Source of the DNA: Emiliania huxleyi CCMP1516
Lineage: Eukaryota
DNA length: 64,000 nt
Direction of reading: 5' to 3'
Assembly (NCBI RefSeq): GCF_000372725.1
Contig: NW_005201113.1
Span: 124,001 to 188,000, forward strand
Part shown: positions 11,554-23,651 of the stretch, piece by piece
Layout: each line of letters starts with the position of its first letter
How positions within the stretch are numbered: position 1 is the stretch's first letter
Program-made: the position numbers and the translations under genes
The notes under the pieces: generated by a model
What the model was told of the DNA's origin: nothing
What the model saw: the letters and a program-made list of their open reading frames with translations, nothing else
Databases searched by the model: none

Positions 11554-14504
11554 ATGCGGACCCTCCTCCGCGCGCTCGTGCTCGCTCTCTTTCTCAGACG
11601 AGCCCAGGGCGTGTGTACGCCCGACGCTGCCCTGATTGTCGCTGACCCAGTCTTCACGCGGCGCACCATTGTCACCAACGAAGCCAAGGGTGCGAGGTGC
11701 GCACAAGCAGCCGATCTGGACGGCGACGGCTTGCTTGACATCGTCTCGGCCTCTTCGACGGACAACACCGTCGCGTGGTACAAGAACCTCGGAGGTGACG
11801 CGTGGTCGGGCAAAAACGACATCACGTACTCGTCCAACGGCGCTCGCATCGTGGACACGGGAGATGTGGACGGTGATGGGGATGTAGATGTGGTGGTTGC
11901 GTCGTACTACGATGACGCAGTCAGATGGATCGAGAACGACGGGACCGGCGTGTTTACCGAGACTCACCTCATCACCACCAGCGCCGTGAACGCGCAGGGC
12001 GTGGAGCTCGCCGACCTTGATGGAGATGGCGATCTCGACGTCATCTCGGCCTCGTCCGGCGACAACACTGTAGCAGTTTATCTCAACATCGGAGTCGACG
12101 GCTCCTTCTGCGAGATAAAGCGCATCGTCGATGACAACGCTGTTGGCGTGCGCACAGTTATTGCAGTCGACCTTGACGGGGATGGCGACAACGACCTCGT
12201 GTCCGCCTCGAAAGACGACAACACGGTCGCGTGGTACCCCAACGACGGTGCCGCCAGCTTTCCTGAGAAGGTCGTTATCTCCAACACATCGTTTGGCGCG
12301 TACAGCCTGGTGGCGCGCGACATCGATGCTGATGGAGACATGGACTTGTTTGTCGCGTCCAATGGTGACGACACTGTGGCGTTGTGGCGTAACGAAGGCG
12401 CGGGGGTCTTCACAAAGACGATCATTTACGCTGAGGCCGACTTCGTTCTCTCAGTGACTGCCTTCGATTTTGACCGCGACGGCGACATGGATGTGGCGTC
12501 CGCCTCGTACTTTGATGGCATCATCAGGTGTAGACCCCCTTGCGTCACTACGTGCCTCCCCGTGTTTGGTGCCGCGTCCTGTGCCCCCGAGTTCATTTTT
12601 ATCCCCTGCATCAGGTGGTACGAGAACCTCGACGGCAACGGCACGACATGGCAGAACCACACGCTGTACGTCGGAGCGCAGGGCCACTATGTGAGCACGG
12701 GTGACCTGGACGGCGACGGCGACGAGGACCTCATAGCTGTGACCAAGAGCGAGAACAGAGTGCAGGTCTTCTTTGCAGCCACCAGCTGCGACGAAGGCAC
12801 GGGCGCCGACGCGGGCTCTGCTGCGTGCTGCCGGCTCGGGCAGAGCTTCAACGGGAGCGCGTGTGTCGCATGCTCACCGGGAACATACGGCATCATCGGA
12901 ACCGACGGCCTTGCCGAGTGCACCGCCTGCCCTGCGACCTGCACGATCCCGGGGCTGGTGGTCACGCCTGCGACATGCTCAGGCGCACTGGGCCTTGCAC
13001 TTGTAATGCCGTGGGGCTCCTGTCGTCTAGACGTGGAGACGCGAGGGTCGCCCCCCCTTGCCCCACCACCTGTGTGTGTGGAGAAGTTTACCTTACCTTA
13101 CCTTACCTGCTCAGGCGTCACTGGCTGCGCCGACGCGTCGGCGAGTGCGGCCGCATGCGACTGCCCCGACAACGAGTTCAAATCGAACATCACTGACACC
13201 TGCACGGCATGTCCTTCTGGCCAGACCAAGCCGCCGTCCCCTACGCGTCCCCTCGTCTCCTTCGCGGCTGAGACGATGTGGCAGGGCTTTCTGAACACCT
13301 GCGAAGTCGACTCCTCTCAGGCCAAGGTTGACCCCGTGCCCATCATAGCGGGCTGCGGCGGAGGCCTATTGATGCTATTGCTCGGCTTCATCGCGTACAA
13401 GCTCATAGCGCGCTACCGCCAGGCTGTTGCCGATAGCCAGGCATATGGCGCGTGGCTCGAGACGCAGGTGGACAACGCGTTGGCTAACGTCAATAAGCTG
13501 GGATTCTGTGTATGCTTCCTGCCTCTGTCCGCGCTCAAATCAGCGGGCAGGCTGCCAGCACACGAGGAGCTACGCAATAGCGGCCTGCTGCGCATGCTCG
13601 ACACGTACGAGCAGGTGATCGCCTTCATCGAGCAACACCCGACAGTCTTCTTCAGCCACCAGTGGCTCGCCAGGACCGAGCCCGATCCGAACGATCGGCA
13701 TCTGAACGCGATGCTTCGGGCCGCGGAGGCACTGTGTGACAAGGAGGGCGTCGATTCGGACCATCTCTACTGCTGGATCGACTACGCGTGCATCCCACAG
13801 GCCAACGCCGTCATGAAAGCGCAGTCGATCGCGACGATTGCACTGTACGCAAGCGTGTGCCGCTACTTTGTGGCTGTTTGCCCCACGTTGCAGAATGAGG
13901 GCGATCTCTTTGATGTGGACACGTACCAGCGGCGCGGCTGGTGTCGTCTCGAGCAGTGGGCGCGGCTGACAGTCGGCGGGCTGAAGGCGATGTTCGTCTA
14001 CAATGGCACGCTCAACGAGCTCGCTGGCCACGTCGAGTGGTACGAGGACTCCATCCGAGTGCTCCAGGGCAACTTTGCGGAGCCGGACGACAAGCTCAAA
14101 CTCGTGCCGATTATCTTGGCCCTGTGGGCCTCGGCCCTCCGCAGCAGGCACGAAAACAACGACGACGTTGGTGTGTACGAGCTGGTCCGCTCTCCGCGCG
14201 GTCGGGCCCGGGCTCGCGGCACTCCTCGCCTCACAGCTCCCCGCCCCCGTCTGGCTCGCAGGTGAACTTCAGCAAGAGCGAGGTTTTCCCGAAAGAGTAC
14301 TTTGGCTCTCTCGTCACGCTACTCGAGGACAAGATCGCGGGCGAGCTCACCTCGGGTGGCGACGACGCGACGTCGGTTGTCTCCTCGTCCAATAGATCTA
14401 GGTCGTCAGCCTCTTCCCGAAGGCACGCAGTGAGGCGAACCCGATCCGACAACGCGCTCTTCCAGGCATTCAAAAGTGCGCAGGGGCGGCCAAAGCAAGT
14501 GTGA
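11554..14504 (+). CDS. Type I membrane receptor: signal peptide, 7 FG-GAP/VCBS repeats, Cys-rich stalk, TM helix, cytoplasmic HET(TIR-like) domain
   Basis: Seven DxDxDGxxD motifs; CxxCxxG repeats; TM at ~13339-13407; FFSHQW, WIDYACIPQ, YQRRGWCRLE; predicted introns 12528-12614, 12983-13114, 14185-14261. Confidence 0.85.
12986..13107 (+). mobile_element. (CCTTA)n-tailed retro-insertion inside the receptor gene
   Basis: TSD tgctcaggcg at 12976-12985 and 13108-13117; homologue at 6711-6840. Confidence 0.85.
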
Positions 14505-14792
14505 ACGCTAAGGCCCACGCTCCATAGAACTAGAAGAATAGATCGCGGCCGGATGTTTGGCGAGAAGGCAGAAGTGCTCTGCAGAGCACAGTTAGTGCCT
14601 CGCTCCCATAGCTTTCGCATCGTCGTTATGAGTTTCTCGTTTACCTGTGAGAGAGAACTTTGTTGTAAAGTGGTCCGGCCAAGGCTTTTCTTCGGCGCGG
14701 CTTCCTAGCGCGTCCGCGCTCGACGGCATGGTGGACGTCGAGGCTCGCCTGCTCGAGGGCGGCTCGACGCGGCGCCGACCGGAGGATGCGGG

Positions 14793-15830
14793 ATGCCGGG
14801 CCTGCCGCAGGTGGGCACGCAGCTGCTTCAGGCTCCAAGAAGGGGCCTGGCTGCTCTCACAGCGGCGCTGGTACGAGCGCTGCTGCTGCTGAGGGCGGCG
14901 AGGGGGCGGTGGCTCGTGGCTGGCAGCGACGGCTGTGCAGTGGCACGCGCACCCCAGAGGCGGAGAGCGGCGCCCGCGAGGCGTGGGCCGCAGTTGTTGC
15001 TGGCGGAGGTGGACCCGTTGTGTCTGTTGACACATCGGAATCCGCGCCGCCGGCGGAGGAGGGGAAGGGCAGCTTGCCTTTGCCCGTTGCCTGTTCCTGG
15101 TTGTACCCGCGTACCGTCCACACCCGGCCACGAACCCACGCCGCAGTCGCCCGACATTGCGGCGGGGGGCGGAGTCTGGACTCATTCTTATTTTGCGAGG
15201 TCCCAGGAGCAAGCGGTGGGCACGGCAACCGACGAGGAGGTCGAGGAGGAGGCAGCGGGGGCGGCTTCGGGCGCGGCGCGCGGCGCCGAGCCGGACGGCC
15301 CTCCCACTGCTCGCCAATCTCGCCCCTCCCACTACTCGGTTGCCCAGTGGGCGGCTATCCAGGCGGCTGAGAAGGCGGCATGGGACGCGGCGCGCTGCCC
15401 TAGGTTTAGGGCGGCTTTGGACGCTGTGCCGGAATGTTGCGACGGAGGGCCGGTGCTATGGACTCGCAGTTTGTGTTTGCAGGACGACACAGGCGGCTAC
15501 GTGGAGGGGTGGAAGGAAGCGGTGAAGGCGGGAGAGATTCTGCTCTTCGACGAGGAGCGGGCGAAGGTGATGCGGTATGCTCCTGGCGGGGGCGCGGTCG
15601 AGGGCGCGGGGGTGGGTCGCGCAGTGCCCGCTGGCGGGGCAAGCGGCGAGGGGTCGCCGGGGGGGATGATGGGGATGGTCTTTTCGGCGAGCACTACGGT
15701 GCTCGCGGATTCGACTGTCCCCCCGGTCGTGCCCACCTTTTGAGGACGACGGCGCCTTCTAAAGGTCCGTCGCCGGCTGTGCCTCCTTTGGTACCTGTGT
15801 CGAACCTGTGTGCTGTGCCAGAGTTTTTTG
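14793..15830 (+). mobile_element. Unknown ORF followed by the retro-family 3' tail (possible non-autonomous element)
   Basis: ORF to 15743, then a tail ccgtcgccggctgtgcc...gtacctgtgtcgaacctgtgtgctgtg shared with 1237-1325 and 15875-15955, ending at aattctttcttct. Confidence 0.4.
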
Positions 15831-16140
15831 CAATTCTTTCTTCTGGAGCTTTGATGTAAAATTCTTTCTTCTCGGTGTGCCTGTGATAGTACTAGCACGC
15901 GCCAGTTCGCACCTGTGTCGAGCCTGTCTGCTGTGAGACCGAGTTGCGTTGTTTAAAGGCCTATTTCGGCTCTTGGGCGGCCGCCCTCAAACCCTATAGG
16001 GTTTGCGTTCGTCCGCGCGCGGCCCCAATGCCGGGCTCTGCGCCGGGTATTTCGGGCGCCGAGAGTGGCCTGGCCCCGGACCCACCCCCGAAGGCCGATG
16101 GCGACATGCACCGCGACCCATTCCGCCTCCTGGAGGCTGC

Positions 16141-17906
16141 TCTCAGACGTTCAAGCGGCGCCAGGCAGCGGCTCGGCCGCGCATCCTTCACACACGCCGC
16201 CACGACCGGGATGAGAGAGCCCGGTGTCGAGCCCTGGTGCGAGCTGCATGTGAGGGGCGGCTGTGGACAAAGCAGGCCCACCAGACGGGCGTCAAAGCTT
16301 GCCGTCGGGGTGCTGTCATGGGGAGAGCCCGAGACAGCTGCAGAGGAGCCGAGTGCAGTGGCGAGCCAGAGGCTACCTGGGTCACCAAGTGGTAGCCCTT
16401 GCCCATTCTGAGCAGGGCTGTGCTTTGGTGGGGTTGTGCTTGAGCATGTGTGAAGTGGGAGTGTGTGCCGGCGGTGTCTGTGGGTGAAACGGGCGTGTAT
16501 GAGGCCGTAAGAGCCGTGGTATGAGCCAGAGTGGGCTGCATCACCCAAGGTAAGGACGGTTTGGGACAGCTCAGACTTGATACTGATGGGACTGGGCCAG
16601 GTGAGCGACAGAGAAGGCGAGGTGGTGAGCTGGGAAGCCGCTTTGTCGGCACCTGGACGTGTCGCGATGAACTGCCGAAAAGCACCTTTTGCGGCTGTTG
16701 CTCGAAACTTCGGGAGACAAGGCCTACATATTATGACTGCATCGATGCGCCTGGTGCATGAGGGCTGCGGGTCGGGACATTTCACGGTCGGTGGCGCCGG
16801 TGATGGCCTCCGTAAAGCCCTCGCAATCGCCTCGGATGGGGTCCACCGGAGACAATCTCGAGCCCTCTCCGTGGCATCACGAGCCGGTGTGAGCTTGCAG
16901 ACCCAAGGTAAGTGCGGTCTGGGATGGCTCAGGCGTGCTACTGACGGGCCTGGGCCAGGAGGGCGACAGAGAAGGCGAGGTGGTGCGCTGAGAGGCTGGA
17001 GCGTCCGCGTGTGACCGTGTCGCGATGCAACTGCCAAAAAGCGCTATTTCCTGCTCCCAGCGCACCACCTCGCCTTCTCTGTCGCCCTCCTGGCCCAGGC
17101 CCATCAGTAGCAAGCCTTAGCCGTCCCAGACTGCACTTACCTTGGGTCTGCAAGCTCACACCGGCTCGTGATGGCACGCAGAGGGCTCGAGATTGTCTCC
17201 GGTGGACCCCATCCGAGGCGATTGCGAGGGCATTCCGGAGGTCATTATCGGCGCCACCGACCGTGAAATGTCCCGACCCGCAGCCCTCATGCACCAGGCG
17301 CATCGATGCAGTCATAATATGTAGGCCTTGTCTCCCGAAGTTTCGAGCAACAGCCGCAAAAGGTGCTTTTCGGCAGTTCATCGCGACACGTCCAGGTGCC
17401 GACAAAGCGGCTTCCCAGCTCACCACCTCGCCTTCTCTGTCGCTCACCTGGCCCAGTCCCATCAGCAGCAAGTCTGAGCCGTCCCAAACCGCACTTTTTC
17501 TTGGGTGATGAAGCTCACTCTGGCTCATACCACGGCTCTGCAGCCTCACACACGCCCGTTTCAGCCACAGACACTGCCGGCACGCACTCCCACTTCACAC
17601 ACGCTCAAGCACAACCCCATCAAAGCACATCCCTGCTCAGAATGGGCAAGGGCTACCACCTGGTGACCCTGGTAGCCTCTGGCTCGCCACTGCACTCGGC
17701 TCCTCTGCAGCGGTCTCGGCTCTCGCCACGACAGCACGCCGACGGCAAGCTTTGACGCCCGTCTGGTGGACCTGCTGTGGCCACAGCCGCCCCTGACATG
17801 CATCTCGCACCATGACTCGACACCGGGCCCGCTCAGCTTGGTCGTGGCGGCGTGTGTGAAGGATGCGCGGCCGAGCCGCTGGCTGGCGCCGCTTGAGCGT
17901 CCGAGA
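16141..17906. repeat. Large imperfect inverted repeat (arms ~16141-16990 and 17058-17906, 67-bp spacer)
   Basis: Arms are reverse complements; ORFs 16577-17014(+) and 16938-17549(-) translate near-identically; internal ~350-bp direct repeat. Confidence 0.92.
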
Positions 17907-18103
17907 TGGCCGCAGCAGAGGCCACGCGTCGCGCCGCCGGCCAATCCCAGCCTCTCGGCGGTCGAGTTGGTCGAGCTGGCGGGCGGAGAGCCGCCAAGAG
18001 GGCAGCAGCGGAGCGTGAGAGGCCGTGCGAGCTTGCGCTAGCGAAGCGCTAGCGCTTCGGGCGATTTCAATAGGCGGCCTACCTCGGCTAAATTCCTTCT
18101 TCG

Positions 18104-19202
18104 GCGGTGAGCCAGGATGGCGCCGGCGCCTTCCTCAACGCCATCCCAATGCGGGATGACATGCGAATGGAGACTTGGGCGATGCGTCTTTCGGTGCAGC
18201 GCCGCCTGGGTCTCCCCCTCGACGTGGCCTGCCAGGCCGCGGCGGCGGGCAAGAAGACTCGGAATGGGAAGACCCACGACGAGTATGGCGACGCTGCTGT
18301 CAACGTACCGCAGCAGGGCCACAACACCAGACACAAGTACACGCTTCGACGCCTCATCCTCGCCCTACGCGCCGCGTGGGGCACCGCTGTGCGAATGGAG
18401 CCGAAAGCCCACCTCGGTCAGAGTTACAACAAACAACCCGACGTGGACGCGGACAACATTGGCTCGCACGGCACGCACTATTGCGGAGACGTCAAGGTCG
18501 TCTGTTCCCTCAGCAGCAGCGGGGAGCACGGTCGGAAGGGCGCTTTTGTCGCTTTCGGCAACACTGAATCATTCTACCGGAACATGGTCATGGGGCATGG
18601 GCCCTACTCCCAGGAGGGAGAGGGAGGTGGGGGCCAGGGAGAGGGGGGGGGAGAGGAGGAGGGGGGGGGGGAGGGTTCGGAAAAAAGGGGGGCGGCATGG
18701 AGGGGGAGAGGAAGAGCAAGGGCGAGAGGGGGCAAGGGACTGGGCGCTGGCATACCAGGGGGGGCAGGGTGGTGGGCGGCGACCGCCGCATACCGTCCTA
18801 CGGCGGGGGACTATCGCTACGCCAGGGAAGACAAGGGCGTCGAAGTGCAGCTGCTGCTGTTCGAATCGTTCGGCGGGTTCGGAAAGGGGGTCCGTGAGAT
18901 CCTCCGGAGAGCGGCGGACGTGCTACAGAACAAGCTGACGCGGGCCCAGTACCTCGATGAGGTGACTTGGACCACCAAGAGCTGGCTGGGGCTGCAGAAG
19001 CAGCGCATCTCAGTCGTTCTTCACACGGCCATCGCAGAGCAGGTCGTGAATGAGCTTGCCTGTGGCGGGGGAGGGCGGGTGCACGGAGCTAAGTGCCTCG
19101 CCACCCTCGCAGGAGTCGCTTAGGCGGCTCCCGTGGTGTACCTGTGTTCGTGCCAGTGCGCGCCAGTCCCGTGCCCAGTGTTGTGCGAGGGAGTTTGGTT
19201 GT
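18104..19202 (+). mobile_element. 5'-truncated non-LTR retrotransposon, restriction-like endonuclease (CRE-like) C-terminus + 3' UTR
   Basis: GAGAFLNAIP..RRLGLP, D..GD...RH, EP..QPD..DVKV, FESFGGFG, QRISVVL motif order typical of RLE-type elements; TSD-like aaattccttcttcg (18090) / aagattctttcttctcg (19203). Confidence 0.75.
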
Positions 19203-19315
19203 AAGATTCTTTCTTCTCGAGCAAGTGAACCTACCAGCCAAGCATGTAGGCCCACACCCGACCGGAGGTTTAGTCGGCCCACACCCGACCCTGCCAACGT
19301 CGGTGCGCCTCGCCG

Positions 19316-19771
19316 ATGCCTGAGCTCAATATTCTCGGCACGCCCCTCCAGCCGTGCACTCGCCGCGGTCGTGACCCGGTGACCGGTTGGAGGCGTGACG
19401 GCTTCGCCTCTTACCATACGAGCGACGGCGGCTGCCACATCATCGCGTCGGAACTGACACTTGAGTTTCTGCTCTTCACCAAATCTCGAGGAAACCCCCT
19501 CTACAGGCCGCCCTTTTGGGTTCGCTTTCTCTGCGGTTTCAAGGGGTTGGAGCCCGGCGACCGCTGGGCTCTGTGTGTGTCGCGTTGGCTGGAGGCTGAG
19601 CGAGCTGGCAAGGCGCCGCCAATCCTGGCAAAGGCGACCAGTGTCAAGGCCCTGTCCTTTGTAGACAAGCAAGTGTTGCTGAGACACGCAATCGACCTCG
19701 ATGGCGAGCTGCCCAATGTGGCACGCACGGGTGGTACGGAGAAATGGATTGCCGTGACGAGGCGCAAATAG
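19316..19771 (+). CDS. DUF2237 family protein
   Basis: NILGTPLQPC..DPVTGWRRDG, EFLLFTKSRGN, GLEPGDRWALCVSRWLEA..GKAPP. Confidence 0.9.
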   Translation: MPELNILGTPLQPCTRRGRDPVTGWRRDGFASYHTSDGGCHIIASELTLEFLLFTKSRGNPLYRPPFWVRFLCGFKGLEPGDRWALCVSRWLEAERAGKAPPILAKATSVKALSFVDKQVLLRHAIDLDGELPNVARTGGTEKWIAVTRRK

Positions 19772-20254
19772 AGCCGTGGACTGAGATACCCAGCACGGTG
19801 GAGCAGTGCACTCTGAAGTCTGATCAGACTCTGTGGTTGTGCCTCTGAGCTTGTTTGTGGTCACTCTGCGGAGCTCTGAGACACTACTTCAGAATGCCAC
19901 CCCGCCCGTCAGCCGCCGCGCGGGCCGCGGTACCGCTCTACGCGGCTGGGCTCTCACTGAGTACTGTCTTTTTACTGCTACTGGGGTGTGCTGCGAGAAA
20001 GAGGGATGCATTTTGAGCGCGGGCCGGCGCGCGCGACTCAAGCGAGAGGCAAGCTGCACATCCCCTAAAACCGCGCTCAACGTAAACCGATCTTGGCCGC
20101 ACGAGCCAAAGGCATTAGGACGGATCTCTCTTGTCCGGCGCGGTGGAGCCCGTGCCCTCTAAACCTCTCACCGTGTGCGCCTCCTCCCGCCTGCTCTCTC
20201 CGCGGGCGCTCCTTATCGGAGCGAGTCCGCGCGCGGGCCCGAGACTTTACGCCC

Positions 20255-22574
20255 CTAGCCCAAGAGCGGAGAGGGAGCGACGATGAGGAGTGCGATGGCG
20301 AGGGCGGCGGCTGCGGCGGCCTGCCGCGGCGTGTCGACGCCGGTGAGGTCGTCGGCGCAGGGCAGCTCTGGCTCGCGCTGGAAGAAGATGATGAGGAGGC
20401 CGAAGAAGAGGAGGGCGGGGTCGTCGCCGCCGAAGAGCGACTGCAGGCCCAGCCCGAGGAGGAAGAGGCTCGAGGTGAGGCTCGCTGCGCCCGAGCCGAG
20501 CACCGCCGCCGCGATCCGGCCGCCGTCGAGCCGTCCGACGGGGAGGAGCTGCAGCGCGTTGCAGAGCGCGGAGGTGAAGCCGACGACGGCCGCCGGGTGC
20601 AGCTGCACGGCGAGCGAGTCGGGCGTGAGGGGCGGCAGCACCCAGTCGGCGAGCGAGCCCAGCAGCAGCGACGAGTGCAGCAGCGCGGACGGCACAACCG
20701 GGTAGGGCGTCGCGCCGACCAGTGCCGCGGTGGGGATGCCGGAGGCGGCGGCGGCGGCGGCGGCGGCGTCGGTGGCGGCGGGCGGCGGGGGCAGACCGGC
20801 GGAGAGGGAGAGGCCGACGACAAAGACAGCGAGGGAGGCGGCGAGGGCGACGTAGGGACCCGAGGCGGCGACGTCGTACAGAGCGGCGCGGCTGCGCGGG
20901 GAGCGGAGAAAGCACGTCAGGTCTGGGGAGGCCTGGGGAGGCCTGGGGCGGCCTGGGGAGGTCTGGGGAGACCTGACCTGCGCGGGAAGTCAAGGACGCG
21001 AGTGACGCAGCCGAAGCAGCCGAGCTGCAGCGACGGCACCGGCACTGGCGGGGCGATGCGGACGCCGCGGGCGGCGGCGGCGGCGGCGTGAGCGCCCTCA
21101 TGTAGTACGAGCAGCGCGCCGATGCCGGCGGCGATGGGGAGAGCCGTTGCAACCGGCGATGTGTCGCCCGCGTTGAGGGCCTGTGGGAAGGTTCCGGGAA
21201 GGTTCCGGGCAGGTTCCGGGGCGTCGCTTCACCGGGCCATCTCTCGGCTATCTCTCGGCGTCGAGGGCCTCGAGGAGCTGGCCATCGTTAGCGAGGAGGA
21301 AGGAGGAGAGCGCATACCTGGGAGGTGGCTCGGAGGGGTCCTAGAAGAGTCTCGGAGGTGTCTCGGAGGTGTCTCGGAGGTGTCTGGAGGAAGGGAAGAG
21401 GGGGGGGGGGCGAGGAGAGCGTACCCGAGAGTGGTGAGCCCGGTCGCGCCCAGCGAGAGCGCGGCCAGCCCGAGCTCGCCGCCTGAGACCAGCCCATCAC
21501 GCGCTCTTCACACCGCGTCTCTCACAGCAGCGGCTGTGAGTCCCGTGAAGGTTCACGGAAGGCTCACGTGGCCGACTACAGTGTGTGCAGCGGGGGAGGA
21601 GCCGCCTGAGACGCGCAGCGGCCGGACCGCCGGGGAGAGGGCGAGCACCACCGGCACCGCCTCCTCGCCCGCCTGCAGCTGCTGCGCCGTCCGCGGGACC
21701 GGGTCCGACAGCACCAGCAGCCTCACGCCCTCGAGATCTGCCTCGTGCGGCGCGCGCTCGTCGAGCGCCTCGAGCAGCGCGGACGGCTCGGCGCGCAGGT
21801 TGCCGCGGAAGATTGTGCCGAGCGGAGACTGCTGCACCGAGAGGACGTAGAAGGCCCCCGACGGCTCGAGCACGCACCGCCGCACCGCCGCGACCTGACT
21901 CACGACCGATCCCCACTGACTCCTTGTGAAAGGTGCTCGAGACTGCACCGCCGCACCGCCGCGACCTGACTGTCGGAGAGCTGGAGCTGGTCCGCGCGCA
22001 GAGGGGCGCCGTCGCCGCCCATGCGCCGCAGCGCCCCCTCCAGCGCCCCCGAGGGCGGCTCCTGATCCTGCGCACCGTCGCCCCCGCCCCCCTCCCGCTG
22101 CGCCGCCTGACCGGCGCCTCCGCCTCCGCCGCCGGGCGTCTCCTCGCCAGCGCCACCTCCAAACGGCCACCAGCCGCCGGACGGCGCGCCCTCGCCCGCG
22201 GCCCCGTCGGACGCCTTCGATGCGTCGCTCGGCGACGCCGCTGGGGACGGCGCTGGCGGCAAAGGCGATGGCGGCGGCGCGAGCGGCGGAGCATCCTCGA
22301 GGGTGTCGCCACGCTTGAGCGCAGTCGCGAGCTTCATCTGCTCGGCGAGGAGGGAGAGCCGCTCGGCCTCCAGTGAGGCGCGCTCCGCCGCGATCGCGAG
22401 CCGCTCGGCTTTCGTCTTCTTGCTCTCGGCCGTCGCCGGCTCGCCGCCGCCGCCCTCAACCGCCAACGGCACGGCGGAGCGTGCGCGCCCGCCGCCGAGT
22501 ACGGTGCGCACGCCGCGGGGAGCGGACGCGTAGAACGCCGCAGGGGTGAGGGAGGCGAAAAGAAGGGTGGTCAT
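20255..22574 (-). CDS. Plastid EGY-type M50 (site-2) metalloprotease, multi-exon
   Basis: Bipartite-like N-terminus; GTIFRGNLR; LVLHEGAH (HExxH at ~21090-21105); PVPSLQLGCFG; LHPAAVVG..NALQLLPVGRLDGGRI. Confidence 0.85.
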
Positions 22575-22637
22575 CGTGCAGTCGGGCAGAGCTGGTGAGT
22601 CGCGCCGCGGTGCTTTGCGTACAATTTCTTTTTCGCG

Positions 22638-23157
22638 TGTGCCGGTGATAGAGAGAGAGAGAGAGAGCTACGCGCGGTCTTCCGCGGGGGGAGCTTCGTC
22701 GACGGGTGCGGGAGCGCAGCGCAGACAGTGCTGCGGCGATGCCTCCGGCTGTTTGCGGCGGGCGGCTTGCTGCTCGCGGCGATGGCGAAAAACTCGTCTC
22801 GTGGCACACCAAGGGCTTATGCTCTGTCGAGACGTGAGGCGTATGCGCCCAGGAGGGGAGGGCGCATGCGTAACGACGCTGCTAGAGATGCCTTTCGGGG
22901 CCCAGAGATAAAACTTCTGATGCCATGCGTGACCTAGTAGTGTCCCCAGCTATGGGCGTGTCCACGTTGGAGCCAGGTGTGGTGTGGACGCGAGAATAGC
23001 TCCGCCGTTCATGGAGGCAACCGATGCGAGTCGACTGGTGTGTGTCGTCGTGGTTTCGTATCAAGAATTCTCTCTCTCTCTGCCGGTGATAGTACTAGCA
23101 CGCGCCAGTTCGCACCTGTGTCGAGCCTGTCTGCTGTGAGAGAGAGTTGTTTTGTTT
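22638..23157 (+). mobile_element. Retro 3' fragment interrupted by a (AG)n...(CT)n-ended element (22650-23081)
   Basis: Outer TSD aa(t/a)ttctttttcgcg at 22623 and 23158; inner TSD gccggtgat at 22641 and 23082; uninterrupted version at 15875-15955. Confidence 0.8.
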
Positions 23158-23219
23158 AAATTCTTTTTCGCGCACCGGACGTTTTCTTTTCCTCACAGCG
23201 CCAGCTGCTCCCGAGAGGC

Positions 23220-23365
23220 CTTTGCTGGCCTGCGCGTCGTCGCTGTGTTGGCGGGAGTCAACCACAGCATCGCCATCACCGCCGACGGCAGCGTCTGGAG
23301 CTGGGGCGATGGAGACGGTGGTCGGTGGCAAGCTGGGCCACGGCGACGAGCAGGATCAGCTGCAC
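23220..23365 (+). pseudogene. RCC1-repeat fragment
   Basis: VVAVLAGVNHSIAITADGSVWSWGDG then a frameshift to GKLGHGDEQDQ. Confidence 0.65.
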
Positions 23366-23651
23366 GAGGCGTGGCCGCCCACACCGCATCCTTGGAATGA
23401 CTGAACACCGAAAATAGCAGCATTGCGAGACATCTATGCAGAGGGTATACAGGGAAGAGGGACCCACCGGTCGACCGGTGGACTACCGGGTACACTTCGG
23501 TTCTACTGCCTTGAGCAGCGCTCGTACGAGTGAATCCGATCTGCGCGCGTATGGACACCCTATCGCGTATCGGCTATCGGACGAGGTTATATTGGATAAA
23601 GCGTTTTGCACTCGCTCTTGGCTGTACACACACGCTCAATCAAGACTCAAA

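Noticed and set aside
15944..18041. ORFs within the palindrome as genes
   Set aside because: No recognisable domains; mirrored on both strands because of the inverted repeat
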